Below, one piece after another: positions 19,845 through 29,839 of a stretch of 64,000 bases of DNA (position 1 is its first letter; each line of letters begins with the position of its first letter). The stretch is from the NCBI GenBank assembly GCA_963739975.1, contig CAVUCK010000014.1, positions 77,128-141,127 on the forward strand, written 5' to 3'. Origin of the DNA: an uncultured Acidimicrobiia bacterium. Its GTDB lineage: Bacteria > Actinomycetota > Acidimicrobiia > Acidimicrobiales > Ilumatobacteraceae. Both the position numbers and the translations under genes were made by a program. Under the pieces are notes generated by a model. It had not been told where the DNA came from, made no database searches, and saw only the letters and a program-made list of their open reading frames with translations.

Positions 19845-21046
19845 CACAGCTTGCCGGCCTGGGCGAGCAGCGTGCCGACGTACCAGTCGACGAACTGGAT
19901 CACGCCATCCTCGTCGGCGGGGGCGTAGGGCCCGGGACGGTAGGCGGGTGAGGTGACCCCGCGCTGCGTGCGCTCGACGAGCGCCGTGTCCTGGCGGTTC
20001 GTCGCCGTCCACACCGCGGTGAGGCGATCGAGGTCGTCGTGCGTGCCGCCGGGCGGGACGAGCCACGTCGTGCGCAACTCGGTCGCGGTCGGGCCGAGCG
20101 GAAGGATGCGGAACGTCACGGCGTGGTCGGCCATGAAGTGATCCCAGGTCGACGGGTAGTGGTAGAGGAGCAGGTCGCCGAGGTCGAGGTCGGGCAGCGT
20201 GCCGAAGCGCCGGTCGACGGCCGGTGAACCGTCCATCGTCATCGACGTCGTGGCGTCCTCGAGCGGCATGCGCATCACCCGGTACTGGTGTCGAGCGCCG
20301 GCGGCGAAGCGCGACGGCAGGCCGGCTGCCTCGGCGGCGTCGATCATCGCCTCCAGCCGCGCCCGCTCGGCGGCGGACCCGCCGCCCGAGTGCAGGGTCC
20401 CCTGCGGGAACGACGTGCACAGCTCCGGGTGGGCCTGCCGGCAGTGATGGCACTCCCGGTTGTTCTCCATCACCAGCTTCCAGTTGCCCTGCTCGACGAT
20501 GGTCTCACGGTGGGCCACGACGGCGTGGCGGAGGTCGAACGGCGCCAGGTACGGCTCGACCAACCGCCGCAGCGGCGCCGGGTCGGGCGGCTCGGCGGCG
20601 ACGCAGACGAACACGAGACCGGCGACCGTCGTGCAGTGGGCCGAGCCGAGGGCCAGCGCGCCGCGGTCGACCTCGACCGGCACGTCGCGCCCGCCGGCGA
20701 ACCCTCCGTCGTGCTGGTACGACCACTGGTGGTACGGGCACACCAGGCGCCGACCGATCCGGCCCGATTCGGCGTCGCAGATGATCGAGCCACGGTGGCG
20801 GCACACGTTGTGCAGGGCGCGCAGCTCGCCGTCGCCAGCGCGCAGCACGATCAGCGGGAACGCGCCGACCTGCAGCGTGAGGAAGTCGCCGGGCTCGAGC
20901 AGCTCGCACTCGTGGCCGGCGAACACCCACTCGCGGTGCCAGACGTGCTCCACGTCGAGCTCGAACGCCGCCTCGCTCGTGTACAGCGGGCCGGGCAGCG
21001 ACCACCCGGGGCGGCGATCGGCGAGCAGCTCGAGCACGTTGTTCAC
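19844..21046 (-). CDS. Rieske [2Fe-2S] non-heme-iron oxygenase alpha subunit, GbcA/Stc2-like (N-demethylating type)
   Basis: ORF 19844..21046 with a GTG start. Rieske motif CRHRGSIIC...CPYHQWSY. The mononuclear-iron region NNRECHHCRQAHPEL matches the (E)C(Y/H)HC...HPxL signature of the betaine/carnitine oxygenase group. Confidence 0.82.
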   Translation of the reverse strand: MNNVLELLADRRPGWSLPGPLYTSEAAFELDVEHVWHREWVFAGHECELLEPGDFLTLQVGAFPLIVLRAGDGELRALHNVCRHRGSIICDAESGRIGRRLVCPYHQWSYQHDGGFAGGRDVPVEVDRGALALGSAHCTTVAGLVFVCVAAEPPDPAPLRRLVEPYLAPFDLRHAVVAHRETIVEQGNWKLVMENNRECHHCRQAHPELCTSFPQGTLHSGGGSAAERARLEAMIDAAEAAGLPSRFAAGARHQYRVMRMPLEDATTSMTMDGSPAVDRRFGTLPDLDLGDLLLYHYPSTWDHFMADHAVTFRILPLGPTATELRTTWLVPPGGTHDDLDRLTAVWTATNRQDTALVERTQRGVTSPAYRPGPYAPADEDGVIQFVDWYVGTLLAQAGKL

Positions 21047-21061
21047 ACCGACACGACCCCG

Positions 21062-21916
21062 TCACCCGAGCCCGCGGGCGTCCTGCTTCAGCGCGGTGTC
21101 GATCGAGACGGCGGCGGCGATGACGAGCGTGTGCAATGGCTGCGGCGGCTTGACGTGGAGCTGCACGACGTAGTTGTCGGCGGTCGTGAACGCCGTCTTG
21201 GCGATGCCCTCGAACGTCTTGGTGATCCGAGCCACCTCGACGCCGCTGGCGTCCGCGATGCTCCAGTTCCAGGCCCGCCAGTTCTCGCCCCTGATCGCCC
21301 CCAGCCGCACACCGTCGGACTCGAGCCCGAAGTTGATCTTGCCGAACACGTTCTCCTGCACGATGCGCCCGATCTCCTGTCCGTCGGGATCGGCCACGAT
21401 GATCGCGCTCTTCACCACCTTGGCCGGGCGGGTGAGGTGCAGGAGCAGGCGGCCCTCGGCGTCGAGCACCTGCAGCTTGTGGGTCAGGAACTGATCGAAG
21501 CTGGACAGCAGCCGGAACGCCTTGCGCGCCGTCGACTGACCGACCTGCTGGACGAAGCCGACCGTCGTGCCGTTCGGGTCCATGACCCGGTACTGGTTGG
21601 TCAACTCGATGACCTTGGCCTTCTGGTTGACGACCAGGATCGGCTCGTCGAACAGGGTCCCACCGCCGGCCGGGATCTCGCCGACGATGCCGGCGCCCCG
21701 CCACCCCGAGTCGTGGATCTGACCCCGCACCCGGTCCGGGTTGGCCTCGTTGCCCACCGTCATCGCCCGGTCGAACCGGTCAAGCCGGGTCTCGACCGGG
21801 TCGGAGCCGGACACACCCTGATCGCTGACGTGGTCGGTCCACGCCGCGCCGTCGTAGTAGCGCAGCTCGTGGCGCTCGGTGGGATCGCGGTACCACGCGG
21901 CGGGGTGCGTCACCAT
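21062..21916 (-). CDS. DUF2510 + scramblase/LOR (tubby-like fold) family protein
   Basis: ORF 21062..21916. The N-terminus (AAWYRDPTERHELRYYDGAAWTDHV) is the DUF2510 motif. The C-terminal 190 aa (ILVVNQKAKVIELTNQYRVMDPNG...LLHLTRPAKVVKSAIIVADPDGQEIGRIVQE) resembles bacterial scramblase-like proteins. Confidence 0.6.
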   Translation of the reverse strand: MVTHPAAWYRDPTERHELRYYDGAAWTDHVSDQGVSGSDPVETRLDRFDRAMTVGNEANPDRVRGQIHDSGWRGAGIVGEIPAGGGTLFDEPILVVNQKAKVIELTNQYRVMDPNGTTVGFVQQVGQSTARKAFRLLSSFDQFLTHKLQVLDAEGRLLLHLTRPAKVVKSAIIVADPDGQEIGRIVQENVFGKINFGLESDGVRLGAIRGENWRAWNWSIADASGVEVARITKTFEGIAKTAFTTADNYVVQLHVKPPQPLHTLVIAAAVSIDTALKQDARGLG

Positions 21917-21938
21917 CGCTCAGAGGGTACGCCCGGCT

Positions 21939-21986
21939 TCTGCGTGAGCGAAGACGTCACCTCCGGTCTGTTCGCTCACGCAGAGC
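21939..21986. repeat. palindromic intergenic element, copy A (TCTGCGTGAGCGAA-loop-TTCGCTCACGCAGA)
   Basis: A perfect 14-bp stem: 21939-21952 pairs with 21971-21984. It lies between the patatin stop (21987) and the scramblase-like start (21916). Copy B at 32888-32935 has nearly identical arms. Confidence 0.75.
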
Positions 21987-24900
21987 TCATGATCCGGCGC
22001 CGGCGCGCTGGCGACGACGCTCCCGTTCCCGGCGGACCGACCACGTCCGCACGAGCTCGAAGCCGATCAGCGCCGCAGGGATGGCGACGAGCAGGGCGAT
22101 GCGCACGCTGTGCAGGTCCTCCAGCCGTTCCAGCGACCAGCGCCTGGCCCCGCCGTACGAGCCGTTGAACAGCGCCCACCACGCCAGCACCCAGAGCCCT
22201 GCGGCCACGGCCCACCACAGCGCATGGAGCAGGTGGCGCCGTGACCCGATGATGCCGCGCACCACCTCGACGACGGCGCCGATGGCGGCGACGACCACGC
22301 CGGCCCACAGCGCCGGACCGAGCCACGTCTCGTCACCACGGTCGCTGAACGTGTCGCTGATGACATCGGGCTCCAACATCAGGACCGCCGCCAGCAGCAG
22401 CACCAGCAGCACCGGAGCGATGCCGACGAGCGCCGGCCACCCGCGCACGCTGCGCACCGTCAGGGCGAGCCAACCGGCGATGGCGACCAGCGCGGCGACC
22501 TGCAGCACTCCCGGGATGGCGATCCCGAACACGGCGAGCGCCAGCACCACCCCGCCGGCGGCGAGCAGCAGGTTGCGGAACGCCGCCGACGTCTTCGTGT
22601 CCGTGACCGCGCTGGCGGCGAGGTAGTACAGCCCGAGCAGCCCCCACCGCGCCATCCGCACCGGCCCCCGCAGCGGGCCGATGCCGAGACGGTCGCTGGC
22701 CACGAGGTTGCCGGCCACGGCGGCGGCCTGGGCAGCCGTGGCCGTCATCCGGTCCGAGCCGTACTCGCCGGCGACTCGTTCCTTGGCAACGGGGCACGTG
22801 CGCACGAGGTGGGCGACCTGGTCCAGCGGGATCGGCGGCGGGACCGCAGGGGAGGCGGCCGGTGCCGGCTCGGTGGGGTCTGGTTGGCGCAGGTCCTGGA
22901 GATCAGGCGGGAGGTGGGGCCACAACGTGCCAAGGAGCTCCGTCGCCCGGTCGGACTCGGCGGCCTGCTCGTGGGCCGACTGGCGGATGGCGACGCCGAC
23001 GGTGACCAGCTCGCGGCGGCCGATCAGCAGCTGCGCCGTCCTGACCAACGCCTCGGTGGTGCGCACCAGCTTGGGCGCCGCCAACGTGTTCCAGTGCTGC
23101 TCGAGCTCGGCCTCGATGGCCGGCTGATCGACGAGCCCGGCGAGGTATGCCTGGTCGTCGGCGCTCAGCTCGGGGAACGGGAGGCTGGTCGACGGGTCCA
23201 CGCCGCCGGCGATCGCGGCGAGTCCCGCCGCGGCGTCACGGGGCGTCAAGTAGCGCTGCCGGATGCGCTCGCCATCGAGGAGGACGGCGATCAGGTGGGC
23301 GGCGCCGTCGAGGGCACCCCACATCCAGTCGTTGGCTCGCCAGGACCGCTTGAGGAACCCGCCGAAGTGCCCGAGCTGCAGCCCGGCCACCTTGGCCGCC
23401 GCGCCGCCGTCCGGTGACAGTGGGGAGGCCGCGTCCGCCGACACCTGGACGAAGGCGATGCGCACCTCGCGGTCGTCGAGACCCTGGTCGGCCATCGTGT
23501 GCACGACGTAGAGCGCGAAGAGCTCCTCGAGGAGATCGTCCCACGTCCGCTGGTGCGGCGGCTGGGGCGGAGCTAGCGCGATCGGCGACCACGTCAAACG
23601 GATCAACTCGGCGGCGAGCCGGGCGGCCCGTCCGGCGTCGGATCCGCCCGTCGACCCGTCCGTGACCAGGCCGGGGACCGCGGGCAGGTTCCAGTCGGCG
23701 GCATCACCGGCAGCGGCCCACGCTTCGGTGACCCGCTGCCGCCAGTTCGGGAGGTGGCGGTCGGCGGCGAGGTAGCACAGCGGCGCCACGTCGGCGAGCA
23801 GTTCGGCGAGACGCCGCCCGATCAGCAGCTCGGCCCGGCGGTAGGCGGCGGCGACGGCGTCACGCCCGATGCCGTCAGGACCGGCCAGACGCGCCTGCAG
23901 CTCGTCGAGATCGACCGCCGCCCGAGCGGCCAGCACGCCCTCGGCGGCGGCGTCCCAGTCGGTCAGCGGCGCCGGACCGGCGACCCGCTCGAAGTGTTCG
24001 GTGGCGGCGGCGAAGAGCGCCTCGGCACGCGCCCAGGTGCGGGCTCGGCGCCACGCCGGCGCGTTGGAGCGGGCCGTGGCCAGCGGCACCGTCGGCAGCG
24101 GCCATCCGTCGTGGAGCGCCTCGGCACGGGCGGCAACCGTCTCGTCGTCGAGCGGCTCCCGACCGAGCTCGGCGCACCAGTAGTCGCCATCGACGGCGCG
24201 CAGCTCCTGCAGCAGCGCCCGCTGCCGGTGCACGAGCTGGCGCAGCTCACCGAGCCGCTCGCGTTCGTCGGGGAGGGTCTGGTTGCGCGCCGCCGCGGCA
24301 CGCGTGGCGTCGCGGGCGGTGATCGGGAGCAGCGCGTAGGTCCGTCCGATCACGTTCAGCACGATCGAAGCGAGGTACTCCAGCGGATCGAGGCCGTAGC
24401 GCCACTGGCCGGCCCGGTCGCCTGGTGCGGCACCGAAGTCGGGGAAGTCCGAGGCCAGCCAGCCGATCCGGCCACGCGCCGCCCGCAGCTCGTCCTCGAG
24501 ATCCCCCCACGTGTAGTTCGCACCGTCCATCGGCGCCAGTGGGTCGTAGCCACCCGGCTGCGCCTGCAGCCGGCGCTGGATCGAGTCGAAGGCGCGCCGA
24601 CGCAGCCAGATCGGGAACAGCTGGCGAGCCAGTCCCGGCAGATCGAGCACCGGGCCGGATGGGCCGGCCGAGTCGTCACGGACGCCAACGCTGAGCCCGA
24701 GGAGCAGCGCGGTCCGCGTGTTCCGCTGGCGGTCGAGGCGGTGGTTGTGCAGCGTGATCGTCGCCAGATCGGCGGCGACGGACTCGGTGCGCGGCAGGCT
24801 GACCAGCGCCTTCGACACGACGCTGGTCAGCGACGGCATGACCGTGGGGTCGTCGGCGCCGGCGCCGGGCTCCTCCTCGGCGGCGGCGACGTCGCCGGGA

Positions 24901-25742
24901 TCGGGGTTGACGTACAGCAGGACGCGGCGGATCTCACCGTCAGCCGAGCGCGCCTTGATCGCCTCCAGCGCCGGTCCCACCGGCTGGTTGACGAGCACGC
25001 CGCCGTCGATGGCCCACCGGGTCGTGCGGAAGCTGGCGATGCCCGCCATGTCCGGCAGGTTGGCGCCGTTGTGGGCCACGGATCGGCCGATGGGGATGAG
25101 GGCGGGCTCGAAGGCGCCAGGGAACGAGGCGGTGGCCCGGGCGGCCAGGGCCAGCTTCGCCGCCAACCCACGGGGCGTGGCGAAGTGGTCGTCGGTGAAC
25201 GTGAACCGGGCACGGTGGACGGGTTCGACGATCTTGGTCCCGAGATCGTCACGGAAGACGTGCGGCTCGGAGCTCAGCGTCGTGACGGTCATCGCCAGGT
25301 GGATCGGCGGCGGATCGGCGTCGGCCTCCCGCCGTTCCGATGGCACCCACCTGGCCAGCTCCTCGCCGAGCTGGGTCAGGAAGTAGGCGTCGCCGCGCAG
25401 CAGGCTGGGCGGGTCCTTCTCGTGGGGATGGCGGAGCAACTTGTCGAACCCGCCATCGCGCAGCCAGACGTCGCGCAGCCCGTCGAAGGCTTGCTCCTCC
25501 AGCCCGTAGGCCAACGCCGCGCTGAGGAAGGCGCCGTTGACGCCGCCGGCGCTGGCGCCGGTGATCACGTCGACGGCGACGAGCGAGCGCGTCTCGCGGC
25601 ACAGCGCGCCGTAGATGCCGGCGCCGCGCACGGCCCGGTAGATCTCGGCGACGACGCCGCCGATCCACACGGCCAACGACACACCGCCCGTCATCACGAC
25701 GGCCAGCCGGACGACGCGCACATCTGGATCGGACGGGTCCAT
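21987..25742 (-). CDS. patatin-like phospholipase with a long DUF3376-type middle region and a C-terminal multi-TM domain (1251 aa)
   Basis: ORF 21987..25787 trimmed to ATG 25742, preceded by GGGAGGGAGGGA. Patatin motifs: oxyanion VMTGGVSLAVW, nucleophile elbow GASAGG, catalytic Asp DGGVLVNQP. The last ~230 aa hold about six hydrophobic helices. Confidence 0.8.
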   Translation of the reverse strand: MDPSDPDVRVVRLAVVMTGGVSLAVWIGGVVAEIYRAVRGAGIYGALCRETRSLVAVDVITGASAGGVNGAFLSAALAYGLEEQAFDGLRDVWLRDGGFDKLLRHPHEKDPPSLLRGDAYFLTQLGEELARWVPSERREADADPPPIHLAMTVTTLSSEPHVFRDDLGTKIVEPVHRARFTFTDDHFATPRGLAAKLALAARATASFPGAFEPALIPIGRSVAHNGANLPDMAGIASFRTTRWAIDGGVLVNQPVGPALEAIKARSADGEIRRVLLYVNPDPGDVAAAEEEPGAGADDPTVMPSLTSVVSKALVSLPRTESVAADLATITLHNHRLDRQRNTRTALLLGLSVGVRDDSAGPSGPVLDLPGLARQLFPIWLRRRAFDSIQRRLQAQPGGYDPLAPMDGANYTWGDLEDELRAARGRIGWLASDFPDFGAAPGDRAGQWRYGLDPLEYLASIVLNVIGRTYALLPITARDATRAAAARNQTLPDERERLGELRQLVHRQRALLQELRAVDGDYWCAELGREPLDDETVAARAEALHDGWPLPTVPLATARSNAPAWRRARTWARAEALFAAATEHFERVAGPAPLTDWDAAAEGVLAARAAVDLDELQARLAGPDGIGRDAVAAAYRRAELLIGRRLAELLADVAPLCYLAADRHLPNWRQRVTEAWAAAGDAADWNLPAVPGLVTDGSTGGSDAGRAARLAAELIRLTWSPIALAPPQPPHQRTWDDLLEELFALYVVHTMADQGLDDREVRIAFVQVSADAASPLSPDGGAAAKVAGLQLGHFGGFLKRSWRANDWMWGALDGAAHLIAVLLDGERIRQRYLTPRDAAAGLAAIAGGVDPSTSLPFPELSADDQAYLAGLVDQPAIEAELEQHWNTLAAPKLVRTTEALVRTAQLLIGRRELVTVGVAIRQSAHEQAAESDRATELLGTLWPHLPPDLQDLRQPDPTEPAPAASPAVPPPIPLDQVAHLVRTCPVAKERVAGEYGSDRMTATAAQAAAVAGNLVASDRLGIGPLRGPVRMARWGLLGLYYLAASAVTDTKTSAAFRNLLLAAGGVVLALAVFGIAIPGVLQVAALVAIAGWLALTVRSVRGWPALVGIAPVLLVLLLAAVLMLEPDVISDTFSDRGDETWLGPALWAGVVVAAIGAVVEVVRGIIGSRRHLLHALWWAVAAGLWVLAWWALFNGSYGGARRWSLERLEDLHSVRIALLVAIPAALIGFELVRTWSVRRERERRRQRAGAGS

Positions 25743-25821
25743 GCAGTCCCTCCCTCCCTCTCGAGCCGCGCCAGCCGCGGCTCGCACACCGACGGCCGTG
25801 ACGGTAGATCCTGGCCGATCG

Positions 25822-27886
25822 CTATTGCGCGATGTGGGTCTTTCCCAGCTCCTCGATGGGCAGGAGGCAGCGGATGCGGTGGCCGGGCTCGATCTCGACG
25901 ACCGGCGGCTCGATCACGTCGCACTTGCCGGCCATGAACCGGTGGCACCGGGTGTGGAACACGCAGCCGGACGGCGGGTTGGCGGGGCTGGGGATCTCGC
26001 CGTCGAGGCGGATGCGAGTCGACGGCTCGCCGTCCACGCTGGGCACCGCCGACAGCAGTGCCTCGGTGTACGGGTGGTGCGGGCCGTTGAAGATCTGGTC
26101 CGTCGTCCCCTCTTCCTGGAGGCGCCCGAGGTACATCACGACGATGCGGTCGGCCAGGTAGCGCACGACCCCGAGGTCGTGGCTGATGAAGAGGTAGCTC
26201 GTGGACTCCGTGGTCTGCAGGTCGGACAGCAGGTTCAGGATCGCCGCCTGCACCGACACGTCGAGCGCGCTGGTCGGCTCGTCGCAGACCACGATGCGCG
26301 GATCGCCGGCGAACGCCCTGGCGATCGCCACGCGCTGCTTCAGCCCACCGGACAGCTGGCGCGGGCGCATGTCGAGGTGACGCGGCGACAGCCGCAGCGC
26401 GCCGGCCAGCGCGTCGACCCGGCGGTCGGCGTCGGCGCCGGTCACGCCGGTCAGCTTCTTGATCGTCCGCTTGAGGATCCGCCGCACGCTCCACGCCCGG
26501 TTGAGGGCGCTGTCGGGGTTCTGGAACACCATCTGCAGCGCCCGCATGTCCTCGGTGGGACGGTTGGCCGCCTTGCCGGCCAGCAGGTGCTCGTCGAGCT
26601 GGATCTCGCTTCCCGCGTCGGGCTCGTAGATGCCGAGCATCGCCTTGGCCAGCGTGGTCTTCCCCGAGCCAGACTCACCGACGAGGCCCAGCGTCTCGCC
26701 GCCACCCAGGTCGAGCTCGATGCCGACCAGCGCCGGCACGTCATGGCCACGCTGGCGGAACGTCTTGGACACGTCGCGCATCTCGATGACGATGCGACCC
26801 TCGAGCCGATCGCCGCCGATGTCAGCGGGCGGCTCGGGCATCTGATCGAGCAGCTCGACGTGGTGGCAGCGGGTGTAGTGCGGGGCGTCAGAGCGGGCCG
26901 CCGAGTGACCGACATCCAGGTGGACGACCGGGGGCACCTCGGTCCGACACAGCTCGTCGGCCAGGGCGCAGCGGTCGACGTACACGCACGTCGGCAGGGG
27001 TGTCCCGATCTGGGGCAAGGTCCCGGGGATCGTGAACAGCGCCTGCTCGGACTTGCGCACGCCATGGCGGGGGAGGCACTGCAGCAAGCCGATCGTGTAC
27101 GGGTGCTTGGGCGCCTCGAAGACCTCGACGGCGTCGCCTTCCTCGACGATCTTGCCGGCGTACATCACGCCGACCCGATCGCACATGGAGCGGATCACGC
27201 CCAGGTTGTGGGCGATCAGCAGGATCGCCGCATCGGTCTCGTGACGCAGCGCCCGCACGAGGTCGAGGACCTCGGCCTCGACCGTGGCGTCGAGGCCGGT
27301 CGTGGGCTCGTCGAGGACGAGCAGCTTGGGATCGCCGGCCAGAGCCATGGCGATCACGACGCGCTGCTGCATGCCGCCCGACAGCTGGTGCGGGTACCGA
27401 TCCATGACCCGCTTCGGGTCGCCGATGCGCACCTTGCGCAGCGCCACTTCGGCGTCGCGCTGGGCGTCCGACTTGTCGACGCCCAGGATCGTGAAGGCCT
27501 CGGCGACCTGCTCGGCCGATCTTCAACGTCGGGTTGAGCGCCGAGCCAGGGTCCTGGTACACCATCGACGCCTCGGCAGCCCGGAACTGGCGCAGCTCGC
27601 GCTCGGACATCTTGGTGACGTCGTCTCCATCGACGAGGATCCGTCCGCCGGTGATCATCCCGTTCGCCGGCAGGTAGCGCAGGGCGGCGAACGCCGTCGT
27701 CGACTTCCCGCACCCCGATTCGCCGACCAGGCCGTACGCCTCGCCGGGCCGGACGTGGAACGTGACCCCGCGCAGCACCTCGCGCGGGATGCCGCGCACC
27801 AGGTAGGCCAGCTCGAGGTCCTCGACGGAGAGGGCGTGGGCCGTCGGGTCTCCGATGGGGATCTCTTCGATCTCTTCGACCGTCAT
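25822..27886 (-). CDS. fused double ATPase of a peptide/nickel-type ABC importer (DppD-DppF-like); apparent +1 frameshift near 27514
   Basis: The first half is in the frame of ORF 26888..28393 (MTVEEIEE...GESGCGKST...MVYQDPGSALNPTLKIG). The remainder is ORF 25822..27447 (LSGGMQQR, second Walker A GESGSGKTT, LSGGLKQR, C-terminal oligopeptide-type Cys/His tail). Length is 2065 nt (3n+1). ATG 27886 overlaps the upstream permease stop. Confidence 0.8.
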
Positions 27887-28845
27887 GCTGAGAACACCGC
27901 CTCGATGGAATCGGCGACCAGGTTGGTGGCGATGACCAGGCTGGCGATGGCCAGCCCTGGGAACAGCGTCGGCCACCACTGCCCCGCCTGGATCAGCCGG
28001 TAGGTCTCCTCGATCTGCACCCCCCAGTCCGGAGACGGCGGCTGGATGCCGACGCCCAGGAAGGACAGCGTGGCGATCGTGAACACGGCGTACCCGACGC
28101 GCACGGTCAACTCGACGACGATCGTGCCGGACAGGTTGGGCAGGATCTCGCGCGTCATCACGTACAACCCCGACTCGCCGCGCAGCTTGGCCGACGTGAC
28201 GTAGTCGAGCTGCGACTCGGAGAGCACGGCGGCGCGGATCGTGCGCGTCACGATCGGGGTGAACAGCACGGCCACCGTCATCACCACGACGAACCGAGAG
28301 GAACCGAGCGTGGCCAGCGTGAGGATGGCGATCAGGATCACGGGGATCGACAGCAGCGCTTCGACCACCCGTCCGAAGACCTCGTCGACCCAACCGCGGT
28401 AGTAGCCCATGAGCAGTCCGAGCAGGGTTCCCGCGACCACGCCGATCACGGCCGCGATGGGTGCGGCGATCAACACGTCACGGGCACCGGCCATGACCCG
28501 CGACAGCACATCACGGCCCAGCTGATCCGTTCCGAACCAGTGCTCGCTGCTCGGGAACGCACTCGGTTCAGCACTCGGGAGGAGCGGGGGGTACGGCGTG
28601 ATCCGATCGCCGAGGACGGCGCAAACGATCCAGAACAGCAGGATGAGCGTTCCGGCGATGAACGACGGCCGGCGGAGCAGGAGCCGCAGCCGCTCCCGCC
28701 GAGCCTGGCGACGGGCCTCCCGGTTGTCGAGCGCCACGGTGGTCGGGTGCGCCTCACCGACGAGATCGGACACCGCCTCGCCGGCCGCGATCTCGACCTG
28801 CGCGGCCGCTGACGACGGATCGGGCGGCGGGACGTTCATCGACAT
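27883..28845 (-). CDS. ABC peptide transporter permease (DppC/OppC-like)
   Basis: ORF 27883..28845. BPD_transp_1-type membrane protein containing an EAA-like loop (SESQLDYVTSAKLRGESGLYVMTREILPN). Confidence 0.8.
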   Translation of the reverse strand: MSMNVPPPDPSSAAAQVEIAAGEAVSDLVGEAHPTTVALDNREARRQARRERLRLLLRRPSFIAGTLILLFWIVCAVLGDRITPYPPLLPSAEPSAFPSSEHWFGTDQLGRDVLSRVMAGARDVLIAAPIAAVIGVVAGTLLGLLMGYYRGWVDEVFGRVVEALLSIPVILIAILTLATLGSSRFVVVMTVAVLFTPIVTRTIRAAVLSESQLDYVTSAKLRGESGLYVMTREILPNLSGTIVVELTVRVGYAVFTIATLSFLGVGIQPPSPDWGVQIEETYRLIQAGQWWPTLFPGLAIASLVIATNLVADSIEAVFSA

Positions 28846-28852
28846 GTCGAGC

Positions 28853-29809
28853 TCAGCTCCGTGCCGGCGCCAGACGGGCGCGCGGGTTCATCCAGGCGAT
28901 CACGAGATCGGCGGCGAGCGTGCAGAGCATGTAGATGATCCCGACGCAGATCACCCCAGCGGTGAGCATCGGGAAATCCTTGCTCTGGGCGGCGTTGTAG
29001 ATCAGGTTCCCGAGGCCGGGATAGTTGAAGATCAGCTCCAGTCCGACGAGGCCGCTGAAGAGGTAGCCGATCTGGGTGCCGACGACGGACACTGTGGGCT
29101 GCAGGCCGTTGCGCATCACGTGGCGGCGCATGACCCGCCGGTTGCTCAAGCCCTTCATCACCGCCGTGCGCGTGTAGTCGGAGTCGAGGGAGGCGATGAT
29201 CCCGGCCCGGGTCATCCGAGCGATGTAGCCGAAGTACACCACGACGAGGGCGATCGCCGGGATGATCAAGTGGTTCAGCTCGGTCAGCAGTCCGGAGTCG
29301 CGCGGGGCGACCGCCAGCGGTGGGAACCAGCCCAGCTTCACGCCGAGCAAGTACTGCAGCGTCACGCCAGACACGAACTCGGGGATCGACGAGCTGGCCA
29401 ACCCCAGCGTAACGACGGCGCGGTCGGCGGCCGTGTCGCGCCGGCGGGCGGCGAAGATGCCGGCGGCGATGGCCAGGGGCACGGTCATCACCAAGCCGAG
29501 GAACACCAGGCGGGCCGAGCGTCCGAGCGCCGGGAACAGCAGGTCGTTGACGGGCTGGCGGTACTGGAACGAGTCACCGAAGTCGAACGTGACGGTGTTC
29601 TTCAGGAGCCGCAAGTACTGGGTCAGCAGCGGGTCGTCGGTGCCCAACCGCTCGTTGATGTCGTCGACCGTCGCCTGCGGGGCGAACGGCCCGGCGATGC
29701 TGCGGCCCGGATCGCTGGGGAAGACGTTGACGATGAGGAAGACGGCGGTGACGAGGAGGAACAGCGTGACCACGGACAGCGCGACCCGGCGGATGACGTA
29801 CCGCGACAT
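28853..29809 (-). CDS. ABC peptide transporter permease (DppB/OppB-like)
   Basis: ORF 28853..29809. The MSRYVIRRV start and the loop SLDSDYTRTAVMKGLSNRRVMRRHVMRN are typical of this family. Confidence 0.8.
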   Translation of the reverse strand: MSRYVIRRVALSVVTLFLLVTAVFLIVNVFPSDPGRSIAGPFAPQATVDDINERLGTDDPLLTQYLRLLKNTVTFDFGDSFQYRQPVNDLLFPALGRSARLVFLGLVMTVPLAIAAGIFAARRRDTAADRAVVTLGLASSSIPEFVSGVTLQYLLGVKLGWFPPLAVAPRDSGLLTELNHLIIPAIALVVVYFGYIARMTRAGIIASLDSDYTRTAVMKGLSNRRVMRRHVMRNGLQPTVSVVGTQIGYLFSGLVGLELIFNYPGLGNLIYNAAQSKDFPMLTAGVICVGIIYMLCTLAADLVIAWMNPRARLAPARS

Positions 29810-29839
29810 CGCCGGACCGCCTGCCCGTTGCCGTTCGCG

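Noticed and set aside
23754-25937. 727-aa plus-strand ORF opposite the patatin gene. The same applies to 17638..19956, 20288..22168, 11461..13257 and 9994..11253.
   Set aside because: All are shadow ORFs opposite genes with clear family motifs. Their products are dominated by R, G, P, D and V runs.
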